In this document: positions 7,974 to 16,719 of the stretch, in pieces
Numbering within the stretch: position 1 is the stretch's first letter
Layout: each line of letters opens with the position of its first letter
Virus genome (UHGV): UHGV-0384352
DNA: 40,955 nt
Source: a virus
Strand: one strand, 5' to 3'
The notes under the pieces: model-generated
The model's input: the letters and a program-made list of their open reading frames with translations, nothing else
Database searches by the model: none
Told to the model about the DNA's origin: nothing
Program-made: the position numbers and the translations under genes

Positions 7974-8150
7974 TCACTCTCCGCCTTCCGCCTCCCCTAT
8001 CCTGATGGCTAAATCCAAAACAGTAGCGGCTGTCTCGTCACTGATGAAATGAATATGATTCATCATAATATCATTTATAAGCAATCTCATTTCACAAAAC
8101 ATGTCCTCTGCCGCCTTGGCAGACTGATATTGTACATAAGCTCCTTCAAT
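7974..8150 (-). CDS. Hypothetical small protein (59 aa, MIEGAYVQYQSAKAAEDMF...)
   Basis: GGGGAGGT RBS is followed by ATG 8 nt later. The ORF lies in an AT-rich region that is otherwise non-coding. Confidence 0.25.
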   Translation of the reverse strand: MEGAYVQYQSAKAAEDMFCEMRLLINDIMMNHIHFISDETAATVLDLAIRIGEAEGGE

Positions 8151-8304
8151 CATAACTTTATACCTCCCCACTGTTTATATATATATATAAACGCTTTTTT
8201 CAGTATTTTTCTCCATACATTTTTTACTTGTGACAAATTCAGTAAGCATGTGGCTGTGAACAACAGTTCAATTTTCCATTGACATTGAGGTGTTTTTCGT
8301 TACT

Positions 8305-8333
8305 AATAACAAAAGGCGCCATTATGGCGCCTT
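8305..8333 (-). terminator. Rho-independent terminator (AAGGCGCC-ATTAT-GGCGCCTT + T-run) after the lipoprotein gene
   Basis: Perfect 8-bp GC-rich stem with a 5-nt loop. TTGTTATT follows on the minus strand. Confidence 0.55.
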
Positions 8334-8396
8334 CTCTATATACTGTCCTTCCTTCTTTGACTAGTCCAAAATTTTTCCAGTTAAGAATTAAACCTG

Positions 8397-8792
8397 CTAC
8401 TTTTTTGTCACAGAAATCACAGTTCCAGTGAATGCTTCTGTTTCTTCCAGTTTTCCTGTATAAACAACAGAAACCGTATCCCCTTCTTTGACAGAAGATA
8501 ATCCTTCTGGTTTTTCTCCTTCAAAGCTAAGAACATAATCCACTCCATCCCCATCGGTGATAACAAACATAAAATCCTTAATGTCACTGATAGTACCTGT
8601 AAGAGTGGATTCTTCTTCAGCCATTCTATTTTCACCGCTTTTAGTGGAAGACACATCAAGCGTACTTTCCGCTATCGAAGTGCTAACTATCTGTGTAGAC
8701 GCTGCGGAAGACACTTCACCTTTCTGCGCGGAACATCCCGCAACCAACATCAAAGTTACACAAGTAGCTACAAATACATTTCTTTTCTTCAT
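8397..8792 (-). CDS. Phage-encoded lipoprotein (signal peptide + lipobox LVAGC), moron
   Basis: AAAGGAGGA RBS, then MKKRNVFVATCVTLMLVAGCSAQ. The region has lower GC than its surroundings. The gene is the last one before the putative att region. Confidence 0.6.
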   Translation of the reverse strand: MKKRNVFVATCVTLMLVAGCSAQKGEVSSAASTQIVSTSIAESTLDVSSTKSGENRMAEEESTLTGTISDIKDFMFVITDGDGVDYVLSFEGEKPEGLSSVKEGDTVSVVYTGKLEETEAFTGTVISVTKK

Positions 8793-9040
8793 TATCAAAT
8801 CCTCCTTTTTATAATTTCATAATATTAGACGTATTGTATTTCAAAAAAGTTGCAGATTTTAAAAAATTTTTTTAAGTTATCTTTTTATTTTTCCTATTCA
8901 TACTTTGTCTATATTTAGTCAATATAATATTTTCGTAGATGTCACCATCTATGCCCCCGAATATTTTGTACATGGATGGGTCTGGTCCTATGGACTAGAC
9001 CCATCTCCTCTGTTATCCCCATCCTTATCTGGCATCAGTG

Positions 9041-9814
9041 TCACCACTCGAACACGTACCGTCGATTTACCATGTCGTATTCTTCTGCAATCCGGAGCAC
9101 ACCCCTGGCATCCGTAATCATGCACTTGCCCTCGTCGCTGCCCTTGACTGGGCAAAGTAAAAATGCCTCACCGGCAGGGTCCACCTGGTAGCCGGTCAGC
9201 ATGTAGCCCTCGGAATCGAACAGATACCAACCACAGGTGCCGTCCGTGGCCTCCTGGAGCCAGTACCAGCCATTGGCCGCATAGCTGCCGTCTGTAAACT
9301 GATACAACCATCGCTGGCCGTCTGCGGCCGGCTGAAAGCCCTGGGTGTATGTCACTGGGACCGGGGTATAGTCAATGTCGCAGAGTTTAAGGGCCTTCTG
9401 CCAGGGAGTGGCGGTCACCTTACTCTTTTTTGTGCCATAATCAATGCCCTTGGCCTCGATGCACCAGCCATCACCTATGTACACCCCGATATGGCCCGGC
9501 TTCCAGAGCGCCCAACCGACCATGGACTCGTCCAGATGGTCGATACCCACGCGCTCCACGGCTGTGTCGTGGTAGTTGTAGCTGCCGCGGATGCGCCCAG
9601 TGTACCAGCTGATGAGGCCGGAACAATCCGTGCAGCGCTGGCCTATGTATCTGGCCGCCTTGGCTTTGTAGGTGGATGTGTATGTGCCTGGGTTCTCCCG
9701 GGCGAGGCGGTCCAGGATGGCCTGGGTAATGACCTCGCCCTTGGCGCCGTAGACGTAAGGGGTGCCCAGCTTGTCCTTGCAGTGCCGTATTAATCCTGCT
9801 GATGTTTTACTCAT
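9041..9814 (-). CDS. Endolysin: NlpC/P60 peptidase domain + choline-binding-type cell-wall-binding repeats
   Basis: GGAGGAT RBS, then MSKTSAG. The active-site Cys context is CTDCSGLISWY. The C-terminus has the repeats GWYWLQEATDGTCGWYLFDSEGYMLTGY. Confidence 0.8.
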   Translation of the reverse strand: MSKTSAGLIRHCKDKLGTPYVYGAKGEVITQAILDRLARENPGTYTSTYKAKAARYIGQRCTDCSGLISWYTGRIRGSYNYHDTAVERVGIDHLDESMVGWALWKPGHIGVYIGDGWCIEAKGIDYGTKKSKVTATPWQKALKLCDIDYTPVPVTYTQGFQPAADGQRWLYQFTDGSYAANGWYWLQEATDGTCGWYLFDSEGYMLTGYQVDPAGEAFLLCPVKGSDEGKCMITDARGVLRIAEEYDMVNRRYVFEW

Positions 9815-9877
9815 AGTGTTATCCTCCAATCTAAAAGGCCCAGGGGCATCCCTGAGCCATGAAAAGTTGTGACGTCA

Positions 9878-9905
9878 CAAGTTGCGATATCGCAATGCCC
9901 GCTTA
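9878..9905. repeat. Two adjacent palindromes TTGCGATATCGCAA and TTGTGACGTCACAA upstream of lysin
   Basis: Both are directly visible in the sequence. They sit ~100 nt upstream of the lysin start, between holin and lysin. Confidence 0.6.
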
Positions 9906-9939
9906 ACCTCGCGGCGGGAGATATACGGACCACCTCCTT

Positions 9940-10431
9940 TTATGTCCTGCTGCCTCCCTGATAATCTGTATTGTCAATCTTATCCTTCAATACCGCAATA
10001 TATTTGCGTAGCCATTCCGGCACATTGGCACCCATACGGCCTGCGTTCTCAATGATGGACAACAACTCATTGAGTAAGTACCAGACCGCCACCAAGAGCC
10101 CGAAGAATGCCTTGACAGATATTTGCATCCCAAGCTCTACCGACACGGATACAATTACATAATCAACCACCATTGCCGCCGCAATCACGCACAGGTATCC
10201 CACCTTCTTAATAATGCCTTTAGCCCCCTTTCTGGAGCTCCATCCATAACTGGCATCTCCCGGATGGTCTATGGCCTCATTTTTACTGGCCAACATGCCA
10301 GTTATGTAGTCCAGCACCATCGTCCCCATTAGGACGCAAAGAACCGGATACAGGAAACCCAACTTCGCACTCAAAAAGGCACCAGCTGCTGCCAATGCCC
10401 CCTGTATTGTAATCACATATTCTCTTTTCAT
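9940..10431 (-). CDS. Holin (phi-LC3 / Phage_holin_4_1-like)
   Basis: 163 aa with multiple transmembrane segments. LCVLMGTMVLDYITGMLASK...KGAKGIIKKVGYL matches the holin_4_1 pattern. The gene is immediately upstream of the lysin. Confidence 0.75.
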   Translation of the reverse strand: MKREYVITIQGALAAAGAFLSAKLGFLYPVLCVLMGTMVLDYITGMLASKNEAIDHPGDASYGWSSRKGAKGIIKKVGYLCVIAAAMVVDYVIVSVSVELGMQISVKAFFGLLVAVWYLLNELLSIIENAGRMGANVPEWLRKYIAVLKDKIDNTDYQGGSRT

Positions 10432-10449
10432 TATCTTATCGCTCCATTC

Positions 10450-11514
10450 TCAAATGACTTTTCGTATAATAGGAATTTTCCTCAATATACTTGTTAACAT
10501 GAAACCAACTATTATTACAAGCATTATATTCACACAGCATATTATAATTGGAGGAAGAAAATAAAATATCTTCGTACCAATAGGGAAGATTTTATCCCTA
10601 AGGTATTGTTCCATCACAAATATGCCAAACACACACTGACTAAGAGATAATATCCATTTTCTTTGGCATATAGAAAAGTTGGTCTGTCCAGCTGCATACT
10701 TAACCCCGCAAAACACTCCTATAGCAGGCATTAAGATAAAGGTTGAATGGAATAACTGAGAGCTTTTTTCATTGCATATACCTGTATTTATACAATTATA
10801 GTGCACCATAAAACATGCCACTACAATACTTAAAAGTCCTACTATCCACAGTATTTCCCTATGCTTTTTTATCCGAGCTTCATCAAAATAATGGTCCAGA
10901 TAGTATCCTATGCATAAGTAAAAAATAGGCATATAAGTAATAATCGGAATTTCAATACTTATATTCACCGTATTATTAAATGCAAAGTATTGGAAAACTG
11001 GTATTAACATAGAAAAAATGATATACATGGTAATCAAATACATGTAATCCTTTTCTTTCATGTTTTGGGCCATTTTTCTTATTAGTGGAAGCATCAATAA
11101 TATAGATAAATAGCTGTATAAGAACCAATATGGTACAATCACGTCATTTGAATACACCCTGCGAAAAAATGAATATATTGAAAACGGCTCAATATGATTT
11201 CTAACCAGTATCACATACCAAAAGAAAGAGGCTCCTAAAATCACTAAAATAAAACGTGAAATTCTCCAACGCAAAATTCTAAATGTGTCATCTTTTCCAA
11301 TAAGTAGTGCACCTGATATCATAAAAAATAATGGCACTGCTATTTTACAAAATATAGACATGGATAAGTAGACCCAATATTCCACGGTGACTGGGGTTAC
11401 CGAAAACAAAAAAAAGCCTTGTGTGCCTGTATGATTAAAAATGACGAGAAAAATGGCTATTATCCTTAAAATATCCAAATAAATTTTTCTTTTGTCCCCA
11501 CTGCTATCTTTCAT
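10450..11514 (-). CDS. Acyltransferase family 3 (OatA/Oac-like) integral membrane protein, low-GC moron
   Basis: 354 aa with ~10 transmembrane helices. The gene is markedly AT-rich compared with its flanks and has its own promoter and RBS. Confidence 0.75.
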   Translation of the reverse strand: MKDSSGDKRKIYLDILRIIAIFLVIFNHTGTQGFFLFSVTPVTVEYWVYLSMSIFCKIAVPLFFMISGALLIGKDDTFRILRWRISRFILVILGASFFWYVILVRNHIEPFSIYSFFRRVYSNDVIVPYWFLYSYLSILLMLPLIRKMAQNMKEKDYMYLITMYIIFSMLIPVFQYFAFNNTVNISIEIPIITYMPIFYLCIGYYLDHYFDEARIKKHREILWIVGLLSIVVACFMVHYNCINTGICNEKSSQLFHSTFILMPAIGVFCGVKYAAGQTNFSICQRKWILSLSQCVFGIFVMEQYLRDKIFPIGTKIFYFLPPIIICCVNIMLVIIVGFMLTSILRKIPIIRKVI

Positions 11515-11545
11515 AATCTTCTTTCCCCTACTATAAGTTTTCTAA

Positions 11546-11580
11546 AGTATAACATAGAAAATGGTTTTTGGCACTATCTA
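11546..11580 (-). promoter_or_regulatory. Extended -10 promoter (TGTTATACT) for the acyltransferase moron
   Basis: On the minus strand, TATGTTATACT is followed by an AGGGGAAAG RBS and ATG at ~11514. Confidence 0.4.
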
Positions 11581-11744
11581 CTCATAGGTTCATCCGCAGT
11601 CATTACCAGTTTCTCCATAATCTCTGCTTTATCAGTGCTTGTAAGATTCATATATTTGTCCAAAATATCCTCTGGATTTTCCCCCTGCTCCTTCCGAATA
11701 CGTAATGCCCGGATAATTATATTTCTTTGAATATTACTTATCAT
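11579..11744 (-). CDS. Hypothetical small protein (55 aa), ATGA-coupled to upstream gene
   Basis: GGAGGAG RBS is present. ATG overlaps the TGA of ORF 11741..12049. The protein begins MISNIQRNIIIRALRIRKEQ. Confidence 0.35.
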
Positions 11745-12049
11745 ATTGATACTCCTCCTATCATATCTGCCAAAGCAATGGTTAGTTCCGCATTTTCTGC
11801 TTGCAGTTGTGCCAGCTGCTGTTCCATAGTCGGTATGTACCTAACACGAGTCACGCCATCCTCCTCATAGAATTCACCACCAACATACCTCCCGCCTATT
11901 TTACATGAATACTGTGTGCATTCCACTGCATATGCATTGTTCCCATGGCTTGCTCTTGCCAGGCGATTTGCTAGTTCATAATCATCACAGGGTGTTATAT
12001 TCCTGATTATATCCTCCCATATTATTGCATAAATTGTATGCGCAACCAT
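11741..12049 (-). CDS. Hypothetical tail-fiber-associated protein (102 aa)
   Basis: A track ORF directly downstream of the Gly-rich fiber gene. Confidence 0.45.
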   Translation of the reverse strand: MVAHTIYAIIWEDIIRNITPCDDYELANRLARASHGNNAYAVECTQYSCKIGGRYVGGEFYEEDGVTRVRYIPTMEQQLAQLQAENAELTIALADMIGGVSI

Positions 12050-12068
12050 TCCAGTTGTCCTCCTCTCT

Positions 12069-13256
12069 CTAATATCCCCATCGGATAATTGCTATGCCAG
12101 ATCCACCGGTGCCGCCGTTATACCAGCTGCAGCCTCCACCTCCCCCAGAACCCGTGTTAGTATTGCCGTTCCCTCCAGAACCAGAAGCATTCCAGTTGGT
12201 ACCAGCTCCGCCGCCATCAGCTCCACCACGGCCACTGTAATCCGCTCCCGCACCTCCACCTCCTGCGGAATATAGGGTTCCTGAAGATTCACCAAATGCA
12301 CGTGTTGTTCTTCCTTGTCCACTGCCACCTAAATAAACGACATTACCATGGCTGTTAACTCCTGCACCGCCATTGCTACCACCATCTCCTCCGCCGCAAA
12401 GTGTTACACCCGGTGCGTAATAGGACCCCCCACCGCCACCGGAACCACCACTTCCACCATCATTTCCACCGCCATTTCTTCCCTGTCCTGCCCCTCCTCC
12501 TTTTGCCGTAAGATAATTTCCCACAACTGTATTTCCCCCGGCTCCTCCGTTATTTCCAGACCCATTATATATACCTGCTGCCCCTCCATTTCCAATGGTC
12601 ACCGGTATTTTCTGACCTGGGGTAACTTTAACATCTTTAACAGTGACGGTGTATCCACCGCCTCCACCAGAACCATTACCGTACCGACTATTTCCGCCAG
12701 AACCTCCGCCCGCGCCTCCCCCAACACCAAATATATCAATAGCACCAACGCCTTCTGGAACAGTGAACTCTCCCGAGGATGTGAATGTCTTTATTCCTTT
12801 CGCTATTACCTCAACGCAGGAAAATGCCTCTGGATGTATCCATTCGATATTATTCTTTGAAACATAACTGAATGCCTTAAGATAATAGGTCTTATTTGAT
12901 ACGAAACCATTTACGACTGCATTGGATATCCCAGAGGCCATGACATTACTACCATAACCTTTATAATATCTTGTTCCATCATCAACGTTTTCTGGATAAC
13001 CGTCTGTTTTTCCCACGATGATTACTCCTGAAAACGGCCCCTTCAATGGATTTTGCCATGTAAACATGATTGCCGTGGAAGAGTACACGGCACCATTAAA
13101 AGACAGTATACTCTGTACATCCATCTCACCCTCTATGACTTCATCATTGCTGTCCGCTGTTAATGCAGTCTCGCCCTTTAGTATATGGGCCTTTACCACG
13201 GTCACATCATCTGAAGTGATGCCTCCGCCCCCGCCTGTCATCAATATTTCACCCAT
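12069..13256 (-). CDS. Glycine-rich tail fiber / receptor-binding-like protein
   Basis: 395 aa containing long GGxGG / GNGG tracts. The gene sits at the distal end of the tail module. Confidence 0.55.
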   Translation of the reverse strand: MGEILMTGGGGGITSDDVTVVKAHILKGETALTADSNDEVIEGEMDVQSILSFNGAVYSSTAIMFTWQNPLKGPFSGVIIVGKTDGYPENVDDGTRYYKGYGSNVMASGISNAVVNGFVSNKTYYLKAFSYVSKNNIEWIHPEAFSCVEVIAKGIKTFTSSGEFTVPEGVGAIDIFGVGGGAGGGSGGNSRYGNGSGGGGGYTVTVKDVKVTPGQKIPVTIGNGGAAGIYNGSGNNGGAGGNTVVGNYLTAKGGGAGQGRNGGGNDGGSGGSGGGGGSYYAPGVTLCGGGDGGSNGGAGVNSHGNVVYLGGSGQGRTTRAFGESSGTLYSAGGGGAGADYSGRGGADGGGAGTNWNASGSGGNGNTNTGSGGGGGCSWYNGGTGGSGIAIIRWGY

Positions 13257-13262
13257 TTGTCT

Positions 13263-13706
13263 TTACACTCCTTTCAGGCCTACGGTCATGTCAATCGTGG
13301 GCTTCTTATTGTAGCATTTAAATGTTGCCTGGCCATCTGCCGTATCCCCATCGTCAATCATTCCAAATGCCTTGTTATACGCTTTCACCTGTTCCGGCGT
13401 TGCCCCGTCTGCAATCACCTTTACCAGTATGGGGCTGTCCTCCGTTGTCAGCCCCTCTACTGGCACAGTCTGGGTATATGGGGCTGCGGCACTCCATCCG
13501 GATGCCTGGAGTGTGACGGGGACAACATGGTTCAGGGCATTCACTGCCTTATTCGTGGTGTTAATGTCATTCTGTCCAAACTTGTCCCCCTTCTGGGTAT
13601 ATGGAGTGACATCTGCTATCGTGCAGGTACCATCCTCATTGGTGGCAATCCTCCAAATCCTGGAACCCTCAAAAATGTCGTCCTTATAATCTGTTTTTAA
13701 ACTCAT
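13263..13706 (-). CDS. Hypothetical tail protein (147 aa)
   Basis: A track ORF in the tail module. Confidence 0.45.
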   Translation of the reverse strand: MSLKTDYKDDIFEGSRIWRIATNEDGTCTIADVTPYTQKGDKFGQNDINTTNKAVNALNHVVPVTLQASGWSAAAPYTQTVPVEGLTTEDSPILVKVIADGATPEQVKAYNKAFGMIDDGDTADGQATFKCYNKKPTIDMTVGLKGV

Positions 13707-14107
13707 TACTCAAATGCACCTCCATTAAGTGTGAACGCCAGGCGCCTGATTCCTTCGGCCCTTCCTAATATATTCCTGTATATCTTCAGGCAGGCGGATT
13801 CAATACGGTTCAGCTCTTGCCAGTCAATGAATGGGCCGTTGTCATGATAAAACTGCCTCTCTCCTACATTGAAGGGGAATGTCCCTACGCAGACGTGGTC
13901 TATATTGGCCTCAAAGTGGTTAATTTCATCTGCATAGAAGCCGTAATCCTGATATGTCTTATCCGCTCCCATTTCCTCAAATTCAAAGTCTGGCCACAGG
14001 GTAAGGGCCTGGGCGCGTATCTCATTGATATTGCCCTTGATGCGATTATAATCTCCGATATTAAAATAATCACCGGACTGCCAGTCTGTTTTTGGCTGTT
14101 GCCACAT
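13706..14107 (-). CDS. Hypothetical tail protein (133 aa)
   Basis: A track ORF in the tail module. Confidence 0.45.
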   Translation of the reverse strand: MWQQPKTDWQSGDYFNIGDYNRIKGNINEIRAQALTLWPDFEFEEMGADKTYQDYGFYADEINHFEANIDHVCVGTFPFNVGERQFYHDNGPFIDWQELNRIESACLKIYRNILGRAEGIRRLAFTLNGGAFE

Positions 14108-16331
14108 AACTCATGTCCCTCCTCGCTTTAATGGTCCCGCTCAATCCACCATTGAATTTCAAAGTATGGTCCGTCACCCGTATCAATAAATCCGGAACAT
14201 ACTTATTTTCCAGAAAGGCAATGTCATTGGCATCCATCCTGGGTTCCCCACGATACTGCAGGTCATATTCTCGGTCCGATTTGAGGTAATCTCCTATCCA
14301 ATCAGCCAGATTGGCTGCATGGGCCCCATCTGACACCAGGGGGTTCTCCCAGGTTTCCATGCTACCCGTTGGGTTGAGCTGCCTGCTGACCTTAGTCTGC
14401 GTTATAAGGTATTCCTTACCCATAACCACCACCTCGGTGGCCCCCGCAATGCCTGTAAGCTCCACTGTGGCATAATAGGCACTGCTGCCTATTATTGTTG
14501 CTGTCTGACCTTCTGACGGTTCTATGAGCACCACTGACAGGTCGTAGGAGGCATTGGACAGGTAAAACGTATACTGTTTATCCTGTTCTGTCACTGATAT
14601 GGTCTCCCTCACAAGCTCCTTTGTGTCCTCTGTGCTAAAATTGTACATGGTGCGTACCACCTGCAGTTCCCTGACTCTGGCCAGCTGCGTGCCCTTTGGG
14701 GTTTTGGTCAGCTCCACGCCATACTCAAGGATATAATCCGTGCTGTCACCGAAGGTTATGTTATCCAGGACCACACGATTATTTGGACATCCTCGGACAA
14801 ATTCCAGTTCCAGGAAGTCAAATTCCGGGAACTCATGGCTGACCACATAGGTCTGGGTGAGCCCTGAAACCATGTAATCCTCCTGCAATGCACCATTGTA
14901 ATAGGCATGGAACACGACCGTATCCGGCCAGTTCTGACCAAATTCCAGGGTCATTCCAAAGCACTTATACACTGCCTCCATGGTTATTCCAACTGTAGGG
15001 TTATCTGCAAACAACCCATTATCTCCAGCGACGGCCTCAGATACATAGCCCGTATTGAGATATGCGATTCCATCGGTCTGCCTTGGAAGGAAATATTGTG
15101 TGCCGGATACGCCTGTATAATCCTGGCCAGGCAGGGCATACGTTTCCTTTTTCGCATGGTCCAGGATGGCTGCCGCATGAGAAAAGTACGTCTCGTTGTC
15201 AGATGTCGCTACCATATCCGGCACAAAACTGGATTTAAGGATTATTCTACCGGCCCGGTTCTGATACAGGATACACCTGCCGGCATTAGCAATCAGCTGC
15301 AGAGCTTCCTTATGCGTTACTACCGGCATCGGGTTGACCACCAGAACATTCTTAAGATATGGATCTATCCAGTAGTTCCGGTAATCCACCCGGGCATCCG
15401 TCAGGACGTCCACGGCTATGTCATACAGGCTCATACCATTCGGATGGTACTGGCCGCGGTAATATGTACTGTCCATCCCATCAAAACAATCTGATGCCTG
15501 GAAATCCATCTCTGTATCATCAGCTGACCATGATTTCAGTGCGAGTGATGTTCCCAGAATCCACTCAATCGTCCCATCATCCATGGCTTGACCATAAAGG
15601 ACCTCAACTTGTTGGCCAATCTCCAAAAAGTTTACCGTGCTCTCCTCATTCTCCACATCATAGGCCCTGTCCTTGTTATCCACGGTCACATCAAAATCAA
15701 TAGTAGGCAGCTCCTCCGATATCGGACTGATATGCTCTTTCTTAGTTGCAGACAATATTTTCTTGCTGTCAAAATAGACGCCAATACCCATGGTAATCTG
15801 ATTGATGTGGAACCGGCTCCGTCCATTGACCATGGCTGCAGGCACAAACCTCAGGTAAGTGGCTCCCTCAAAAATCTCCTCCGTCACATAATGGCCATCC
15901 GCATTATTCGTTACATTCAAGGTCCGGTTGTCTGAAATGATGGTAAAATCTACGGGATATGCCTTGCCAAATTCCACGGTCAGCCCCTTAATGTCATATT
16001 GAACGGGAAACCGGATTTCAATTTCCCCCTGAAGACCATCCGTCACGATTCCCTGATTGAGCACCACGTCTGCTGCATCCTTGGGAAGGAAATACATGCT
16101 GCCATCCACCGTGGTATAGTCCTGGTCACAGGTTGCATATAGCTCCTGTACCTTGTAGTTATCCATGGGCTTTACTAGGTCGGAATAATAGGTATACACA
16201 TCCCGCTCAGGTATGTAAGCGGATGCCTGGGCCTGCTGGTTAATCAGGCCGATGGTGACACGCAGGTAAGACAGTGGGTTTCTCCACTTCCTGCGCATCA
16301 TGTCCTTATATTCATTACTTGCCGCCTGCAC
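14070..16331 (-). CDS. Large tail protein (Tal / tail-endopeptidase-like, 753 aa)
   Basis: Assigned by size and by position, following the TMP and a small Dit-like gene. No catalytic motif was recognised. Confidence 0.55.
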   Translation of the reverse strand: MQAASNEYKDMMRRKWRNPLSYLRVTIGLINQQAQASAYIPERDVYTYYSDLVKPMDNYKVQELYATCDQDYTTVDGSMYFLPKDAADVVLNQGIVTDGLQGEIEIRFPVQYDIKGLTVEFGKAYPVDFTIISDNRTLNVTNNADGHYVTEEIFEGATYLRFVPAAMVNGRSRFHINQITMGIGVYFDSKKILSATKKEHISPISEELPTIDFDVTVDNKDRAYDVENEESTVNFLEIGQQVEVLYGQAMDDGTIEWILGTSLALKSWSADDTEMDFQASDCFDGMDSTYYRGQYHPNGMSLYDIAVDVLTDARVDYRNYWIDPYLKNVLVVNPMPVVTHKEALQLIANAGRCILYQNRAGRIILKSSFVPDMVATSDNETYFSHAAAILDHAKKETYALPGQDYTGVSGTQYFLPRQTDGIAYLNTGYVSEAVAGDNGLFADNPTVGITMEAVYKCFGMTLEFGQNWPDTVVFHAYYNGALQEDYMVSGLTQTYVVSHEFPEFDFLELEFVRGCPNNRVVLDNITFGDSTDYILEYGVELTKTPKGTQLARVRELQVVRTMYNFSTEDTKELVRETISVTEQDKQYTFYLSNASYDLSVVLIEPSEGQTATIIGSSAYYATVELTGIAGATEVVVMGKEYLITQTKVSRQLNPTGSMETWENPLVSDGAHAANLADWIGDYLKSDREYDLQYRGEPRMDANDIAFLENKYVPDLLIRVTDHTLKFNGGLSGTIKARRDMSYVATAKNRLAVR

Positions 16332-16705
16332 TACTCCATCACCCCGCAGTCTATCAGGTTCACCTTACAGTCTTTATACATGGTGGGCAGCCCATCCGGA
16401 CCTATCTCGTCTATCTTGGCCGTCCGGTTCCCCGGATACATCCGCTCTGTTTTCCAGCAGTTGTTTTTCATGTCCGGAAACTTGACCGTCACCACAAACT
16501 CCTCAAACTCTTTAAGGATGCTGCTCCAGGTCGCCGCATCCAGATAGGACCACTGCAGGCCGTCAATCTTATCCTGGTCACGGCCCACGCGCTGCCCTAC
16601 GAATTCCCCCAGGGCATTCTTGCCCTGGTTCACGTTCGTAGCAATGGTTAGGCCTGGACCCCGATCATAGTTTGGATATTCATGTCCATTGATATAGATT
16701 GGCAC
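16331..16705 (-). CDS. Small distal-tail-like protein (124 aa)
   Basis: GTG start sits after AAAGGAGGTGGA, directly after the TMP stop. Confidence 0.4.
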   Translation of the reverse strand: MPIYINGHEYPNYDRGPGLTIATNVNQGKNALGEFVGQRVGRDQDKIDGLQWSYLDAATWSSILKEFEEFVVTVKFPDMKNNCWKTERMYPGNRTAKIDEIGPDGLPTMYKDCKVNLIDCGVME

Positions 16706-16719
16706 TTAGTCCACCTCCT

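Noticed and set aside
7593-8282. Plus-strand ORFs 7593..7787, 7795..8052 and 8049..8282 in the AT-rich region
   Set aside because: They have AT-rich low-complexity translations (poly-Ile/Phe) and no RBS. The region is more likely non-coding att or regulatory DNA.
11579-11744. XkdX-family assignment for the 55-aa ORF after the fiber-associated gene
   Set aside because: Only the position and size resemble XkdX. The conserved YxxGxYTxEDV...ITxEEY pattern is not present.
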